From a virus, in the IMG/VR virus record IMGVR_UViG_3300044729_001490, positions 6,388 through 70,387 of that record: a stretch of 64,000 nt of DNA. One strand, given 5' to 3'. Below, in pieces: positions 24,743-34,273 of the stretch. Position numbers and translations under genes: made by a program. How positions within the stretch are numbered: the stretch's first letter is position 1; each line of letters starts with the position of its first letter. Under the pieces are notes generated by a model. The model was not told the DNA's origin. It ran no database searches and was given only the letters and a program-made list of their open reading frames with translations.

Positions 24743-24816
24743 GTTTATAGCAAAGTTAGCCAGGTTATCGAAAACCGATAAGCTAAAAAAATTTCCAAAA
24801 TATTCCCAGGGTGCAA

Positions 24817-24844
24817 TTGCATCTTGGGGTGCGACTGCTAGGAT
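24817..24844 (+). promoter_or_regulatory. Sigma70-like promoter for the DNA metabolism block
   Basis: TTGCAT-16 bp-TAGGAT with extended -10 TG. Confidence 0.55.
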
Positions 24845-24883
24845 GCTCCTGGTTGAGAGTGACCTTTAGCTTTGGAGATGACT

Positions 24884-25699
24884 ATGAGTGACGAGGTGAA
24901 ATTTAGGGCAAGTGCTGTCGGCAACTTGCTGGTCGGCGGGAACGCCATAACTGACAAACAGCTTGCGAAACTCGAAGAGCTGCAAGCCAGGAAAGACAAT
25001 CCAGAAGCCAAGCCTTTGACTGCAAACATGCAGGCAGAACTTGACGAGCTGATTGCCAAGCGAGACGGAGATTTTGAGTTTGGTGCCACCGCGATGTCTT
25101 ACATCCGCGATGTGTGGATGCGGAACACGTTTGGGTACGACGAGCCACTCGTTTCTAACGAGATCCTGAAGGGGCTGATGTGTGAGGATGAAGTCATTGG
25201 CATTATGACTCGTCAAATTAATGGTGGGTTTCGTGTCAAGAATGAAGACTCGTTTGAGGATTCGCACTTCACTGGCACACCTGACGTTATTCTCGACGAT
25301 GCCGTTGAGGACGCTAAGGCATCTTGGACACTCAGGACATTTATCGAGACGCGACGTCCAGACCCAATGTACTACGCGCAGGGGCAAGTCTATATGGCGA
25401 TGACTGGTCGTAAGATGTTTCGCCTGTGCCACGTCCTGGTGGACACCCCTAAGGCATTAGTTGATGAGGAGAAAAAGCGACTGTACTTCCGTTTCAACTG
25501 TGACGAGGAAAACCCCATTTACCAAGAGCTAATCAAGAAGGTGGATGCGATGCACATCATCGCACACAAGATTCCTGAGAAGGACAGGATTAAGGTATTT
25601 GAGTTTCCTATCAACCACACTTACCTCGATGAGCTTCGTTTGCGAGTCAAGCAGGCTCGTGTTGTCTACGCGGGCATGTCGCTTGGACTTGAGTTCTAG
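24884..25699 (+). CDS. YqaJ/lambda-exonuclease-like PD-(D/E)xK nuclease
   Basis: KGLMCEDE..GTPDVI..EDAKAS..YYAQGQVYM motifs; adjacent to an annealase gene. Confidence 0.8.
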   Translation: MSDEVKFRASAVGNLLVGGNAITDKQLAKLEELQARKDNPEAKPLTANMQAELDELIAKRDGDFEFGATAMSYIRDVWMRNTFGYDEPLVSNEILKGLMCEDEVIGIMTRQINGGFRVKNEDSFEDSHFTGTPDVILDDAVEDAKASWTLRTFIETRRPDPMYYAQGQVYMAMTGRKMFRLCHVLVDTPKALVDEEKKRLYFRFNCDEENPIYQELIKKVDAMHIIAHKIPEKDRIKVFEFPINHTYLDELRLRVKQARVVYAGMSLGLEF

Positions 25700-25726
25700 T
25701 TTTTACTTTTGTTTTGGAGATTGAGC

Positions 25727-26506
25727 ATGAGTGAGAGTCTAAATTTGTACCAGCGTATCAACAAAGTCATGGAGAGCATGGGAGCCATCGGCAAAGGTGG
25801 TCGTGTTGATTACGGGGAAAAGTACGCTTTTCATCGCATCGATGACATCGACGACAAGTTGCGTGTCGCGTTGATTGAGCATGGTGTGGTTTGCACCGTA
25901 ACGGAAATCACCGACAGGAAGCTGGAGTACTTTGTCGAAAAAGACAGGTACGGCAAGGACCGTGGTGCGTGGTACGCAGAGTGTGCAATCACCATTGAGT
26001 TGGTGAACGTAGACAGACCAGACGAACGAACCAAGATTGTTGGTTGGGGGCAAGGGCTCGACTACAGCGACAAGGCGACTGGTAAAGCGGTTAGCTACGC
26101 CTCGAAGTCAGCCTACTTATCAGCTTTCCACCTGCGAGGTCAGCCAGACAACGAGCATGACAATATTGTCAAGCCAGGCAAGGATGTCAACACCACCGCT
26201 GTTGTTACTCCTGCCGTGGAGTACGACGACCTAGACGAGGCTTCGCAAGGATGGGTGAATGCAATCAATCAGTCGGACGACGCTGAAAAGCTAGCTGAGC
26301 TTGGTATTGATTGGCGAAAAGAGGCAAAGAATGTGCAGAGCGCAACATTGCCTTACTATTGCGACATGTGGAAGAAGTTTCTGAATAAGGCTTCCACTAA
26401 GCAAGAACTGCACTCGCTAGGTCTTATCCTAGCGAAAGAAGCGAAGAGTGTTGGCGATGGAGTTCGCCCGTTCTATAAAGCCAAGGCAGCTACATTGAGT
26501 GAGTAA
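25727..26506 (+). CDS. ERF-family single-strand annealing protein
   Basis: LYQRI..G.YAF..GQGLDYSDKATGKAVSYASK..D.E signature. Confidence 0.8.
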   Translation: MSESLNLYQRINKVMESMGAIGKGGRVDYGEKYAFHRIDDIDDKLRVALIEHGVVCTVTEITDRKLEYFVEKDRYGKDRGAWYAECAITIELVNVDRPDERTKIVGWGQGLDYSDKATGKAVSYASKSAYLSAFHLRGQPDNEHDNIVKPGKDVNTTAVVTPAVEYDDLDEASQGWVNAINQSDDAEKLAELGIDWRKEAKNVQSATLPYYCDMWKKFLNKASTKQELHSLGLILAKEAKSVGDGVRPFYKAKAATLSE

Positions 26507-26521
26507 TTTTGTGACCAATTT

Positions 26522-26538
26522 TGTGACAGCGTGTCACA
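26522..26538. repeat. Dispersed palindrome copy 4
   Basis: TGTGACAGCGTGTCACA after the stop at 26506, preceded by a half-site TTTTGTGACC. Confidence 0.95.
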
Positions 26539-26572
26539 GATTTTGACCTTTAAAGTTTTTAGGAGATTTGAA

Positions 26573-26854
26573 ATGAGTGAAGTGGCTACAAGCGAAGTTG
26601 TTATTGAGAAGACCGAAGACCCGATGATGGAAGAGATTCGGTCGCAGTTGAGAATTAGTTCAGCTGTGCGTGAGTACCTGCGTGCAGTGGAGCAATTCGA
26701 GACTGCAAGCAAGGAGTTCCACGATAGCTGCAAGGCTGTTCGTGAGAGCATTAAACCAGACTCGAGGTTCGTCCTGCGTAGTGGCTACAAGCATTACTTG
26801 GTGACGAGTGATGGCGGAAACAATTTCAACGTAGAGTCGATTGAGATTATCTAG
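26573..26854 (+). CDS. Hypothetical protein
   Basis: AGGAG SD before ATG 26573. Confidence 0.7.
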   Translation: MSEVATSEVVIEKTEDPMMEEIRSQLRISSAVREYLRAVEQFETASKEFHDSCKAVRESIKPDSRFVLRSGYKHYLVTSDGGNNFNVESIEII

Positions 26855-26883
26855 TCAGCATAACTTTTTTATAGAGAGCTATT

Positions 26884-27141
26884 ATGTCAGAAGAAAAAAA
26901 GGCAGTCGTTCACGATAATGAACTGGCTGCAATTAAGGATAGTCGCAAGCGGGACATGTTGTTGTTCGCAGTAACGAAAGACGATTGCGATATGTGGATT
27001 GTTGCGGTGAGCGACCATCAAGCGAAGTTGGCGTTAATCGACCGCATTTACCCAATGGAGAAGTGCAGCAAGAAAGACAGGGACTCGCGGTACTTGGGTC
27101 TGCTTGAGACTGCTGCCGAGAAAGTCGCGACGGACAGTTGA
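26884..27141 (+). CDS. Hypothetical protein
   Basis: 85-aa ORF in operon. Confidence 0.65.
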   Translation: MSEEKKAVVHDNELAAIKDSRKRDMLLFAVTKDDCDMWIVAVSDHQAKLALIDRIYPMEKCSKKDRDSRYLGLLETAAEKVATDS

Positions 27142-27151
27142 GAGTTTGATA

Positions 27152-27316
27152 ATGAAAATCGATAAGCAAGTCTGGGAAGCTATTCGTAAGTACCCAGACG
27201 CATATGACGAGGGGATGCAGGCTGCGATTGACGGTAAAGACGCAACAGCGTGCAAGTACCCGAATGATTTACCGCAAAGGTGGGCGTGGCGTGCAGGGTT
27301 TCTTGGCGTTTGTTAG
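27152..27316 (+). CDS. Small hypothetical protein (Rmf-like AY.EG..A..C.Y...W..GF pattern)
   Basis: AYDEGMQAAIDGKDATACKYP...WAWRAGF. Confidence 0.5.
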   Translation: MKIDKQVWEAIRKYPDAYDEGMQAAIDGKDATACKYPNDLPQRWAWRAGFLGVC

Positions 27317-27322
27317 TAAGGA

Positions 27323-28084
27323 ATGAGAGCTATGGTGAAGAAAGAGTTTAACGGCAAGATTCGAGTCGACAGTCGCATTGAGGCGTTGATTCCTCCTCTC
27401 GAAAAAGAGCAATTAAGGACTCTCGAAGACTCCATCTTGGCGGAAGGAGGCTCGCATAGTCCTCTTTGGTTATGGGGCGATTTGCTTGTAGACGGTCACC
27501 ATCGTTACAGGCTATGCAAGAAACACAAGCTGCCGTTCGAAGTGGTGCAAGTGTATGAAGATGCTGAAACGCTTGAAGAGGTTGAGTACCGCATTAAGCG
27601 TGACGCAATCGGACAGAGAAATCTTACTCTAGGTGCTCAGTCGAAGTTTCGCGCTGAGATGGTCGCGTATCACATCAAGAGCGGTTCGAAAAAGAGAGCT
27701 GCCGTCAAGACGGTTGCTGACGAATCAGAGGTGTCTATTCGCAAAGTGTACCGAGACGTTGAGCGAGCTGAACTGGTAGCAACGATTGACGATGAGGTAA
27801 AGCCTGTCACGGCAAACATGTCTACTCCAGCGGTCAAGAAACTCGCCAGCTTGCCTAAGCCTAAGCAGAAAGCAGCTGCGGAGCGTGCTGGTGGTGACGG
27901 CAAGAAGCTCGAGAAAGAGGTCAAGAAGGATACTCCTGCAGAAGCTGCTGCGAAGGTGAAGAGCATTGCGCACCAGCATCGAGACAAGTTGGTTCGCGCT
28001 ATCGACGATTACCACCAGCACAAACCGAACGCTAAGGAACGCGACAGGCTGGTGAAAGTGACACAAAACGTCTCGTTGTGGTGA
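27323..28084 (+). CDS. ParB-like protein (ParB N-terminal domain plus HTH)
   Basis: LIPPL..L.DSI..EG..PL..LVDGHHR..QRNLT; HTH KTVADESEVSIRKVYRD. Confidence 0.85.
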   Translation: MRAMVKKEFNGKIRVDSRIEALIPPLEKEQLRTLEDSILAEGGSHSPLWLWGDLLVDGHHRYRLCKKHKLPFEVVQVYEDAETLEEVEYRIKRDAIGQRNLTLGAQSKFRAEMVAYHIKSGSKKRAAVKTVADESEVSIRKVYRDVERAELVATIDDEVKPVTANMSTPAVKKLASLPKPKQKAAAERAGGDGKKLEKEVKKDTPAEAAAKVKSIAHQHRDKLVRAIDDYHQHKPNAKERDRLVKVTQNVSLW

Positions 28085-28091
28085 GGCGAAA

Positions 28092-29666
28092 ATGATTGAA
28101 CTACCTAAACTCAGACCATACCAGGAAGCATTAGTGCAAGAGGTTCGCGGAGCTCTCGTAAAGCATCGCAGTGTCATTGTGTGCATGCCTCCAGGTGCTG
28201 GTAAGACGAGAACGGCGAAGTACATCCTCGGCTTGTACCTTAATCGACCAAAGAGAGAGGGCGAGTCTGGCAAGGCTGCTTTTATGGTTCACCGGCGCGG
28301 TTTGGTGGAGAATGCAAGCGACTCATGCAACGAGCATCCACGCCTCCCGCATGGTGTCATCATGTCGGGTTGCGATACTGGACCAGGATATGATATCCAG
28401 GTGGCTTCGATTGACACGAAAAACAGTTGGTACGTTGATGGAGGCAACTACCGAAGCGATTTCACTTATGACTTCCTGGTATTCGACGAGATTCATGCTC
28501 ACGTAGCTAAGTTCAGGACATTCCTGAAGGCACACAGCAAGAAGCGAGAAGAGCTAGGTTTGCGACCTGCATTTATCCTCGGGCTGTCTGCAACGCCGCA
28601 GCACAAAGAACTGAACAAAGTCTTTAATCACATTGTGACTGGACCGTCGCCGTCATGGCTCATTGAGAACGGGTTCTTGTCTCCATTTCGATACTTCCAA
28701 GCCACCCAGGGCAAGCTAGGGCTGCTTGTGAAGAAAGGAGATGATTACACCGAGGACAGTGTGGCGGAGGCGATGCAGGGGCTCGCTGGCGATTTGGTGA
28801 GAGATTGGAAAAAACTGGCAGAAGGACGGGCGACTGTTGGTTTTTTTCCGAGAAGGTCGCATGCGTACGAAGCGATGGAGCTGTTGCGGCAGAACGGAAT
28901 TGATGCGCATTACGTGGACGGCGAGACGAATGATGAAGAACGTCAGTCGTTGTTCAAGAAGCTGAACTCTGGCGAAATTCAATACATTTGCAACGTAGGG
29001 GTTATCGAGCGAGGAACAGACATTCCTCGAGTGGGGTGCGTGCAGCTATGCACTGCTATTGGAAGTGTTGTTCGGTATCGGCAAATGGTTGGTCGAGGCT
29101 CGAGAGTGCACCCAGATGTTCCAGACTGCATCGTGTTGGACCATGCAAATAGCGTCAGGAAACATGGTTTTTTTGAGGATGACATTGCGTGGACGCTGGA
29201 GTGGGGCGAGCGACCAGCAAAGACGCATGAGCCCAGGGCAACGATTAGCTGCCCATCATGTGGAGCAATTTACAGAGGCGGTAAGTGTCGCGCGTGCGGA
29301 TACGAGCCAACAGGAAAAGACAGAAAGTCGCAAGGTCTTGAGTTCGTTGGTGGCGAGCTGAAGGAAGTTACGAAGTCCAACAGAAAGGAACCGAAGAAGT
29401 ACACCTGCGAACAGATGATGACAATTGCCTTGTTCAAGGCTGGACATATTGGCGGAACATGGGGTCAGGCGTGGTCTATAGCTAAGAGGATGGCAGAAAA
29501 GCAAGGCACGGCGTTTCGAGTTCCTGCAACGGTCGAAGTGGCAGGTCACAGATACAAAACGATTCCGTACGGTCATCCAGACTGCAAACGAAAGGTTCGA
29601 GATACCTACGGATTCACTGTCGGTAAGTATAACAAGGAACATAACCCATACAGGACAGGAAGCTAG
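28092..29666 (+). CDS. Superfamily II DEAD/H helicase with C-terminal zinc ribbon
   Basis: LRPYQ, PGAGKT, DEIH, LSATP, QMVGRGSR and CPSC..CRAC motifs. Confidence 0.92.
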   Translation: MIELPKLRPYQEALVQEVRGALVKHRSVIVCMPPGAGKTRTAKYILGLYLNRPKREGESGKAAFMVHRRGLVENASDSCNEHPRLPHGVIMSGCDTGPGYDIQVASIDTKNSWYVDGGNYRSDFTYDFLVFDEIHAHVAKFRTFLKAHSKKREELGLRPAFILGLSATPQHKELNKVFNHIVTGPSPSWLIENGFLSPFRYFQATQGKLGLLVKKGDDYTEDSVAEAMQGLAGDLVRDWKKLAEGRATVGFFPRRSHAYEAMELLRQNGIDAHYVDGETNDEERQSLFKKLNSGEIQYICNVGVIERGTDIPRVGCVQLCTAIGSVVRYRQMVGRGSRVHPDVPDCIVLDHANSVRKHGFFEDDIAWTLEWGERPAKTHEPRATISCPSCGAIYRGGKCRACGYEPTGKDRKSQGLEFVGGELKEVTKSNRKEPKKYTCEQMMTIALFKAGHIGGTWGQAWSIAKRMAEKQGTAFRVPATVEVAGHRYKTIPYGHPDCKRKVRDTYGFTVGKYNKEHNPYRTGS

Positions 29667-29669
29667 CTA

Positions 29670-29993
29670 ATGGAAATGCCGTTTAAGAAAGTTGACGAGT
29701 ACGACTTGGCTTGGGTGCGAGACGCATTGAACGTCATGAGAGTCGAACTCGGGCAGTGGAAGACAACGACTGTTCAGTTAGCCGACAGGTTAGAGGCAGC
29801 GGAGAAGTCGCTCCACGAAGCACGAGTGCAACGACAGCAAGACGTAATCAAGATGGGTTCGTTGTCGGTTGAACGCGACCAGTTCAAGAAGATTTGCAGC
29901 GACCAGGAAGAACGAATATTGAAGCTGGAGGCATCAATGGACAAGGCGCGAGAATACATTCTCGGGCTAAAGAGGCATGAGGCAGTAACGTAA
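29670..29993 (+). CDS. Coiled-coil hypothetical protein
   Basis: 107-aa ORF with heptad pattern. Confidence 0.6.
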   Translation: MEMPFKKVDEYDLAWVRDALNVMRVELGQWKTTTVQLADRLEAAEKSLHEARVQRQQDVIKMGSLSVERDQFKKICSDQEERILKLEASMDKAREYILGLKRHEAVT

Positions 29994-30034
29994 CGTGTTT
30001 GTGATTTGACGAAACTGTTTTAGGAGAGAGTGAG

Positions 30035-30577
30035 ATGATGATTCAAGACGTTAAGCGTATGGCGTACATGAAAACGAAAAATGTCATGGACCGTGACTAT
30101 TACGGTACTCCGCCAGAATTTGTAGACATGGCTCGGTCTGTCATGGGAAACATAGAATTGGATCCTGCTAGCTGCCGAGAGGCTAACGAGCGATTCATTC
30201 ACGCGAGTCGGTTTTACGACGAACAAACGGATGGACTGAAGCAGTCGTGGGCTACGTCAGCACTATGGCTGAATCCTCCGTACTCAGGGCGAGGGGCGTA
30301 TGAGTTTGCGCGTAAGTTTGCGGATGAAGCGTTAAGCATCACGCAAGCTATAGTGCTAGTGAACTCTGCAACTGGAACAAGGGCATTCCGTTACCTGTTT
30401 GATAACTGTGATGCGATTTGCTTTTGCAGTCGCCGTATTCAGTTCGTCGATCCGTCAGGATTACGTTCGCAAAGCAACAACTCGAAAGAGCAGTTGTTCT
30501 TCTACCGTGGGCGACGCATAGCACGGTTCATGTCGGTCTTCTGCAACATTGGACGTATCGTAAGGACGAAATCATAA
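30035..30577 (+). CDS. Phage Dam-like N6-adenine DNA methyltransferase
   Basis: YGTP..IELDPAS..DGL.QSW..WLNPPYS..RIQF. Confidence 0.88.
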   Translation: MMIQDVKRMAYMKTKNVMDRDYYGTPPEFVDMARSVMGNIELDPASCREANERFIHASRFYDEQTDGLKQSWATSALWLNPPYSGRGAYEFARKFADEALSITQAIVLVNSATGTRAFRYLFDNCDAICFCSRRIQFVDPSGLRSQSNNSKEQLFFYRGRRIARFMSVFCNIGRIVRTKS

Positions 30578-31113
30578 TGCCAGGGGGAAAAACAGCTGGC
30601 GAGTCTGGTAAAGCTGGCGAAGACATTATAGGAATCCAGCTTGCAGCGCTTGGATTTTATATTTACCCAAAATGGGCGATATGGCGAAAAGCTAAAAAGA
30701 AAAGTCTTTTTGCTATGCCGAAAAAATATGCCGTACACCAAATGCGGTATGAAAGCATTTACCGTCCAAACACAAACTGCCAAATGGACTGGGGGTGTTT
30801 TATTGAGGATGTTTTGGTTTTGCATATAGAATCAAAAGTTCAAACAGGCCAAGGCAGTGCAGCTGCAAAGTCGGTCGCTTCCGTGTATGAGCTTGAGGAT
30901 CAAATTACTCGCGGCAAGTGCCCAGAGGCTTATCTGATTATTCCACATGTAGATATCCTAAATACCTTGCCTAATTGCGATGCAGACTACTTCCGCTGGG
31001 CTGAGAGGCTGGTGCGAAAATCAACACTGCCTGTTGCTTGCGGAGACGTAGGTGCTTGCGGAGCGTATCTGGTCAAAAGGTTTCGGACGACCAAAAGGAT
31101 TATTGAAGTATGA
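30577..31113 (+). CDS. PD-(D/E)xK restriction-endonuclease-like protein
   Basis: GKAGED..QMD..IESKVQTGQGS; TAATG overlap with the upstream MTase. Confidence 0.6.
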   Translation: MPGGKTAGESGKAGEDIIGIQLAALGFYIYPKWAIWRKAKKKSLFAMPKKYAVHQMRYESIYRPNTNCQMDWGCFIEDVLVLHIESKVQTGQGSAAAKSVASVYELEDQITRGKCPEAYLIIPHVDILNTLPNCDADYFRWAERLVRKSTLPVACGDVGACGAYLVKRFRTTKRIIEV

Positions 31114-31877
31114 AGCTAATTCATGGAAGTTCTCTTACTGTTAGTGTTCCTCAATTTGACCACATTGTTACTTCGCCGCCGTACTACAAACTGCGAAAGT
31201 ACGGTGGAAAAGGAGAGCTTGGTTGGGAACCCAGCGAGCAGGAGTACATCGATAACTTGGTTCAGGTGTTTACGCGATTATGGAAACAGCAACCAGAGGA
31301 AGGGACGTTGTGGATAAACATAGGCGATAAGCACGATAAAGGCAGGCTGATGGGTTTGCCTTGGAGGTTGGCTATAGCGTTGATGCCACTCTATACATTG
31401 CATTCCGACAATATTTGGCACAAGCGCAGAATCATGCCGCAATCAGCGAAGACGCGATTTACTTGCGACCATGAGTATGTGTTTTTGTTTAGCAAGTCGT
31501 CGAAAGGATACACTTTTAACCATGAAGCAGTCATGCAAAAATCCCTATGGGCGCATGACCGCAGAGCAGGAAAAGGAGCGCATCGATACAGGCAAAAGAG
31601 GGAGCGAGATGGTTTAGGTCATACGGCTCCAGTGGTAATTAACGAGAAGCGATTGTGTCGTACTGTCTGGAATGATATTTCGACTAGCCAGGAAGATAAA
31701 AACCATTCTGCGACCTTTCCTGTGGCTATACCAGAAAGGTGCATATTGGCTGGAAGTAATCCTGGCGACACAATCCTCGACCCCTTTTGCGGCACTTGCA
31801 CTACTGGCGTGGCAGCGGAAAAGCATGGACGCAAGTTCGTAGGAATCGATACCAATAAGGAGTTTTTCCCAAAATGA
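31110..31877 (+). CDS. N4-cytosine/N6-adenine DNA methyltransferase (beta class)
   Basis: TSPPY..HEYVFLF..HSATFP..ILDPFCGTCTT. Confidence 0.92.
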   Translation: MKLIHGSSLTVSVPQFDHIVTSPPYYKLRKYGGKGELGWEPSEQEYIDNLVQVFTRLWKQQPEEGTLWINIGDKHDKGRLMGLPWRLAIALMPLYTLHSDNIWHKRRIMPQSAKTRFTCDHEYVFLFSKSSKGYTFNHEAVMQKSLWAHDRRAGKGAHRYRQKRERDGLGHTAPVVINEKRLCRTVWNDISTSQEDKNHSATFPVAIPERCILAGSNPGDTILDPFCGTCTTGVAAEKHGRKFVGIDTNKEFFPK

Positions 31878-32341
31878 GTTCCATCATCATCGGCATCGAT
31901 CCATCGCCTCTCTTGCAAGCGTGCGTCTTGTTTGACGTAACAGAGAAGCGTGTCGTATCGGTAGGCACGTTCAAAGCGGACGATTTGCCTGATGCGTTAT
32001 TCAAGCAAAAGGTTGCCATCGAATGGATTGAGTCGTACGGCATGGCAGTCGGGCAAGAAGTGTTTCGGACTGTGTTTCAAATTGGACGCATGCAGCAACA
32101 ACTTGGAGTTGTTCGTCTGATTCCAAGGCGAGATGTAAAGCTAACGCTATGCGGTTTAGCTCGAGCGAAGGACACCAACATTCGCCAAGCGTTGATAGAC
32201 GCGATTGGAGAGGTTGGCACGAAGAAGAATCCAGGACCGCTTTACGGCGTTTCTGGGCATTACTGGGCAGCGTTAGGCGTTGCTTACACGGCAAGTCGGT
32301 GTGAGCCGACGGAACATGAAGCGTTTTTTCACGTAGAGTAA
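31874..32341 (+). CDS. RuvC-like Holliday junction resolvase
   Basis: IIGIDP..VAIEWI.SYGM..AKDTNIRQAL..WAALGVA (RNase H fold). Confidence 0.75.
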   Translation: MSSIIIGIDPSPLLQACVLFDVTEKRVVSVGTFKADDLPDALFKQKVAIEWIESYGMAVGQEVFRTVFQIGRMQQQLGVVRLIPRRDVKLTLCGLARAKDTNIRQALIDAIGEVGTKKNPGPLYGVSGHYWAALGVAYTASRCEPTEHEAFFHVE

Positions 32342-32365
32342 TTCTGTGACAGCGTGTCACAGAAT
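32341..32365. repeat. Dispersed palindrome copy 5
   Basis: ATTCTGTGACAGCGTGTCACAGAAT with 11-bp arms, abutting the stop codon. Confidence 0.95.
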
Positions 32366-32393
32366 GTAGGTTTACTTAAAGAGGAGTTTGACA

Positions 32394-32648
32394 GTGACAG
32401 GATTTGAACAAAGAGATAACAACGGAGTTCTTTTCAAAAACGATAAGAAGACGAGCGATAAACACCCAGACTACAAAGGCAATGCGATGGTCAACGGCGA
32501 GGAGTTCTGGCTCAGCGCGTGGATTAAGGACGGCAAGAACGGTAAGTTCATGAGCATCGCACTTCAGCCAAAGGAGGAATCCAGCGGGGAAAAAAGCAAA
32601 CCCTCCAGGGGTAGTGCTGGAGTCGATGAATCGGAAATGCCATTCTGA
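32394..32648 (+). CDS. Small ssDNA-binding protein (DUF736-like)
   Basis: GVLFKNDKK..KHPDYKG..WLSAWIK; acidic tail ending MPF. Confidence 0.8.
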   Translation: MTGFEQRDNNGVLFKNDKKTSDKHPDYKGNAMVNGEEFWLSAWIKDGKNGKFMSIALQPKEESSGEKSKPSRGSAGVDESEMPF

Positions 32649-32649
32649 T

Positions 32650-32805
32650 GTGACCGTCCGTTGCCAGTGTGCAAGGGATAGGTCGCTGTGGGTTGACGAG
32701 CCAGACAGGAAGCGAGCCGATTGGATTCGAACAGTGTGTGGCGTGTGTGGCAGATGGTTAGGTTATCGTCCGAAGGGTAGAGATTATGAAGAAAATGAGC
32801 GATAA
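32650..32805 (+). CDS. Small zinc-finger protein
   Basis: CQC...CGVCGRWLGY. Confidence 0.5.
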   Translation: MTVRCQCARDRSLWVDEPDRKRADWIRTVCGVCGRWLGYRPKGRDYEENER

Positions 32806-33343
32806 GGCACGGAAGCGATATCAGGAAGCAAAACCTGTTCGTGATGCGTTGCGTGCTGAAGTTGGGCGATGCGAGATAACTGGAGCCACTGGCGTTCCTC
32901 TTGATGTGCATGAAATATGCCGGGGAGTGAACAGAAGTAAAGCACTAGACAAGCGGTTTGCGCTGCTTGTTGTGTGCCGTCTAGCTCACGAAGAGTTGGG
33001 CTCTGCGAGCAAGTGGCCTGAAGCTCGGCAGTTGGCGTGGCTTGCTGAGCGAAGACTGTATGATTTTGATTTGAAGGCATATCTGGAACTAACGAGCCCC
33101 AGAGCGCCAAACAGGATAACTTTAGAGGAGGTAGTAGAGCACATGAGTGATGAGCTGTTCAAAGTGGAAGAGGTGGCTGTTCGTCTTCGCGTGAACAGAC
33201 GGACGGCACAAAGCTGGATAGACTCTAAGGAACTGCCAGCAATTGACGTCAGACCAGACGGTGCGCAACGTGCCATGTGGAGAGTCAAGCCAGAGGACTT
33301 GTTGCGATTTGTCCAAGACCGTAAGTCCAAGGAGTCGCTGTAG
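32786..33343 (+). CDS. HNH-like domain fused to excisionase-type HTH
   Basis: CEITG..VHEI..VCRLAH; C-terminal VEEVAVRLRVNRRTAQSWIDSKELPA..WRV. Confidence 0.65.
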   Translation: MKKMSDKARKRYQEAKPVRDALRAEVGRCEITGATGVPLDVHEICRGVNRSKALDKRFALLVVCRLAHEELGSASKWPEARQLAWLAERRLYDFDLKAYLELTSPRAPNRITLEEVVEHMSDELFKVEEVAVRLRVNRRTAQSWIDSKELPAIDVRPDGAQRAMWRVKPEDLLRFVQDRKSKESL

Positions 33344-33609
33344 TGATTGCGTATATTGAAACAAAGATAACTAGGATGTTTGATGAAATGCCGTCAGGTG
33401 GCAGGTTTAACGAGACAACAACAACCTACGATACTATTGATTGCTGCGATGCATTCGATGCTGAACAAGAGGTTCGGAGGCGAAAAAGCAATTTAGCCGA
33501 CAAGTATACCGACAAGTTTGTTTGGTTTGATGTAAAGCGTATTTCTCTAGACGAGTTTGAGCTTGCTTGTGTGAAGGACGAAGCGTTTGAAAGAAAGTTT
33601 GCAATATGA
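33343..33609 (+). CDS. Hypothetical protein
   Basis: 88-aa coupled ORF. Confidence 0.55.
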   Translation: MIAYIETKITRMFDEMPSGGRFNETTTTYDTIDCCDAFDAEQEVRRRKSNLADKYTDKFVWFDVKRISLDEFELACVKDEAFERKFAI

Positions 33610-33764
33610 ATTCAAATCAAGGCTGCATTGGAGCTTTGTGTATGCTTGCTTTGCTGTTTTTCGCAATGACAGCATGGAGTTTGTGGCACATGGCAGGACT
33701 TTACGACCGCATTAACACATTAGAAGAGAAAGCTACCAGGATTGAAAATGGACAAAACAACTGA
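33606..33764 (+). CDS. Small membrane protein (52 aa, below ORF-track cutoff)
   Basis: MNSNQGCIGALCMLALLFFAMTAWSLWH...; ATGA overlap with the upstream gene. Confidence 0.55.
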   Translation: MNSNQGCIGALCMLALLFFAMTAWSLWHMAGLYDRINTLEEKATRIENGQNN

Positions 33765-33966
33765 GACTGAAGAACTAGCAAAAAGACTGAAGGAACTGCG
33801 ACTAATTGAAAGCATGCTGGTTGATGTCCACGATTGGTTCGAGAAACACGAACACGAAATGAGAAACGTAATCGATTACTATGACCTGAGCGATGCAATC
33901 AACGAAGTGCAGAACACGCTTTATGACATTGAGTACACCTTAGAGGAGGACGACGAAGATGAATAA
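33748..33966 (+). CDS. Acidic hypothetical protein
   Basis: D/E-rich coupled ORF. Confidence 0.55.
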   Translation: MDKTTETEELAKRLKELRLIESMLVDVHDWFEKHEHEMRNVIDYYDLSDAINEVQNTLYDIEYTLEEDDEDE

Positions 33967-34273
33967 ATTTCCAGTCGGTCCCGAAACCGTCAAGAAAGCC
34001 GCAAAGACGGTCCCAGGTCAGTTGGCCGTATTGCTCAATGAAGTGCTGTACTCGGCGGACTACAAAAAGGTTTTGGAGCCTGGATTCTCCGACATGCCGC
34101 AGATTGAACGCCGTCGATGGGTGGCGGAAGATGAAGTTTTCAAAGGGGACAAGCCAATCCCGTCAGGCATGAAAGGAATGGCAAACAGAAATTGCTATTT
34201 CGAGACGCAAGAACTAATGATTGCGATCCGTGACTATTTAGAATTCATGAGTTTTAAGGAAGTGATACCGTGA
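33959..34273 (+). CDS. Hypothetical protein
   Basis: 104 aa, GGAGG upstream. Confidence 0.6.
   Translation: MNKFPVGPETVKKAAKTVPGQLAVLLNEVLYSADYKKVLEPGFSDMPQIERRRWVAEDEVFKGDKPIPSGMKGMANRNCYFETQELMIAIRDYLEFMSFKEVIP

Noticed and set aside
24756-24790. Hairpin after the giant gene as a terminator
   Set aside because: Bulged AT-rich stem followed by an A-run on the + strand; too weak to call.
32341-32365. The dispersed palindromes as CRP sites or Rho-independent terminators
   Set aside because: The spacer is 7 rather than 6 bp and nearly invariant. Stems are AT-rich, occur in both orientations and inside genes, and lack a consistent 3' U-tract.
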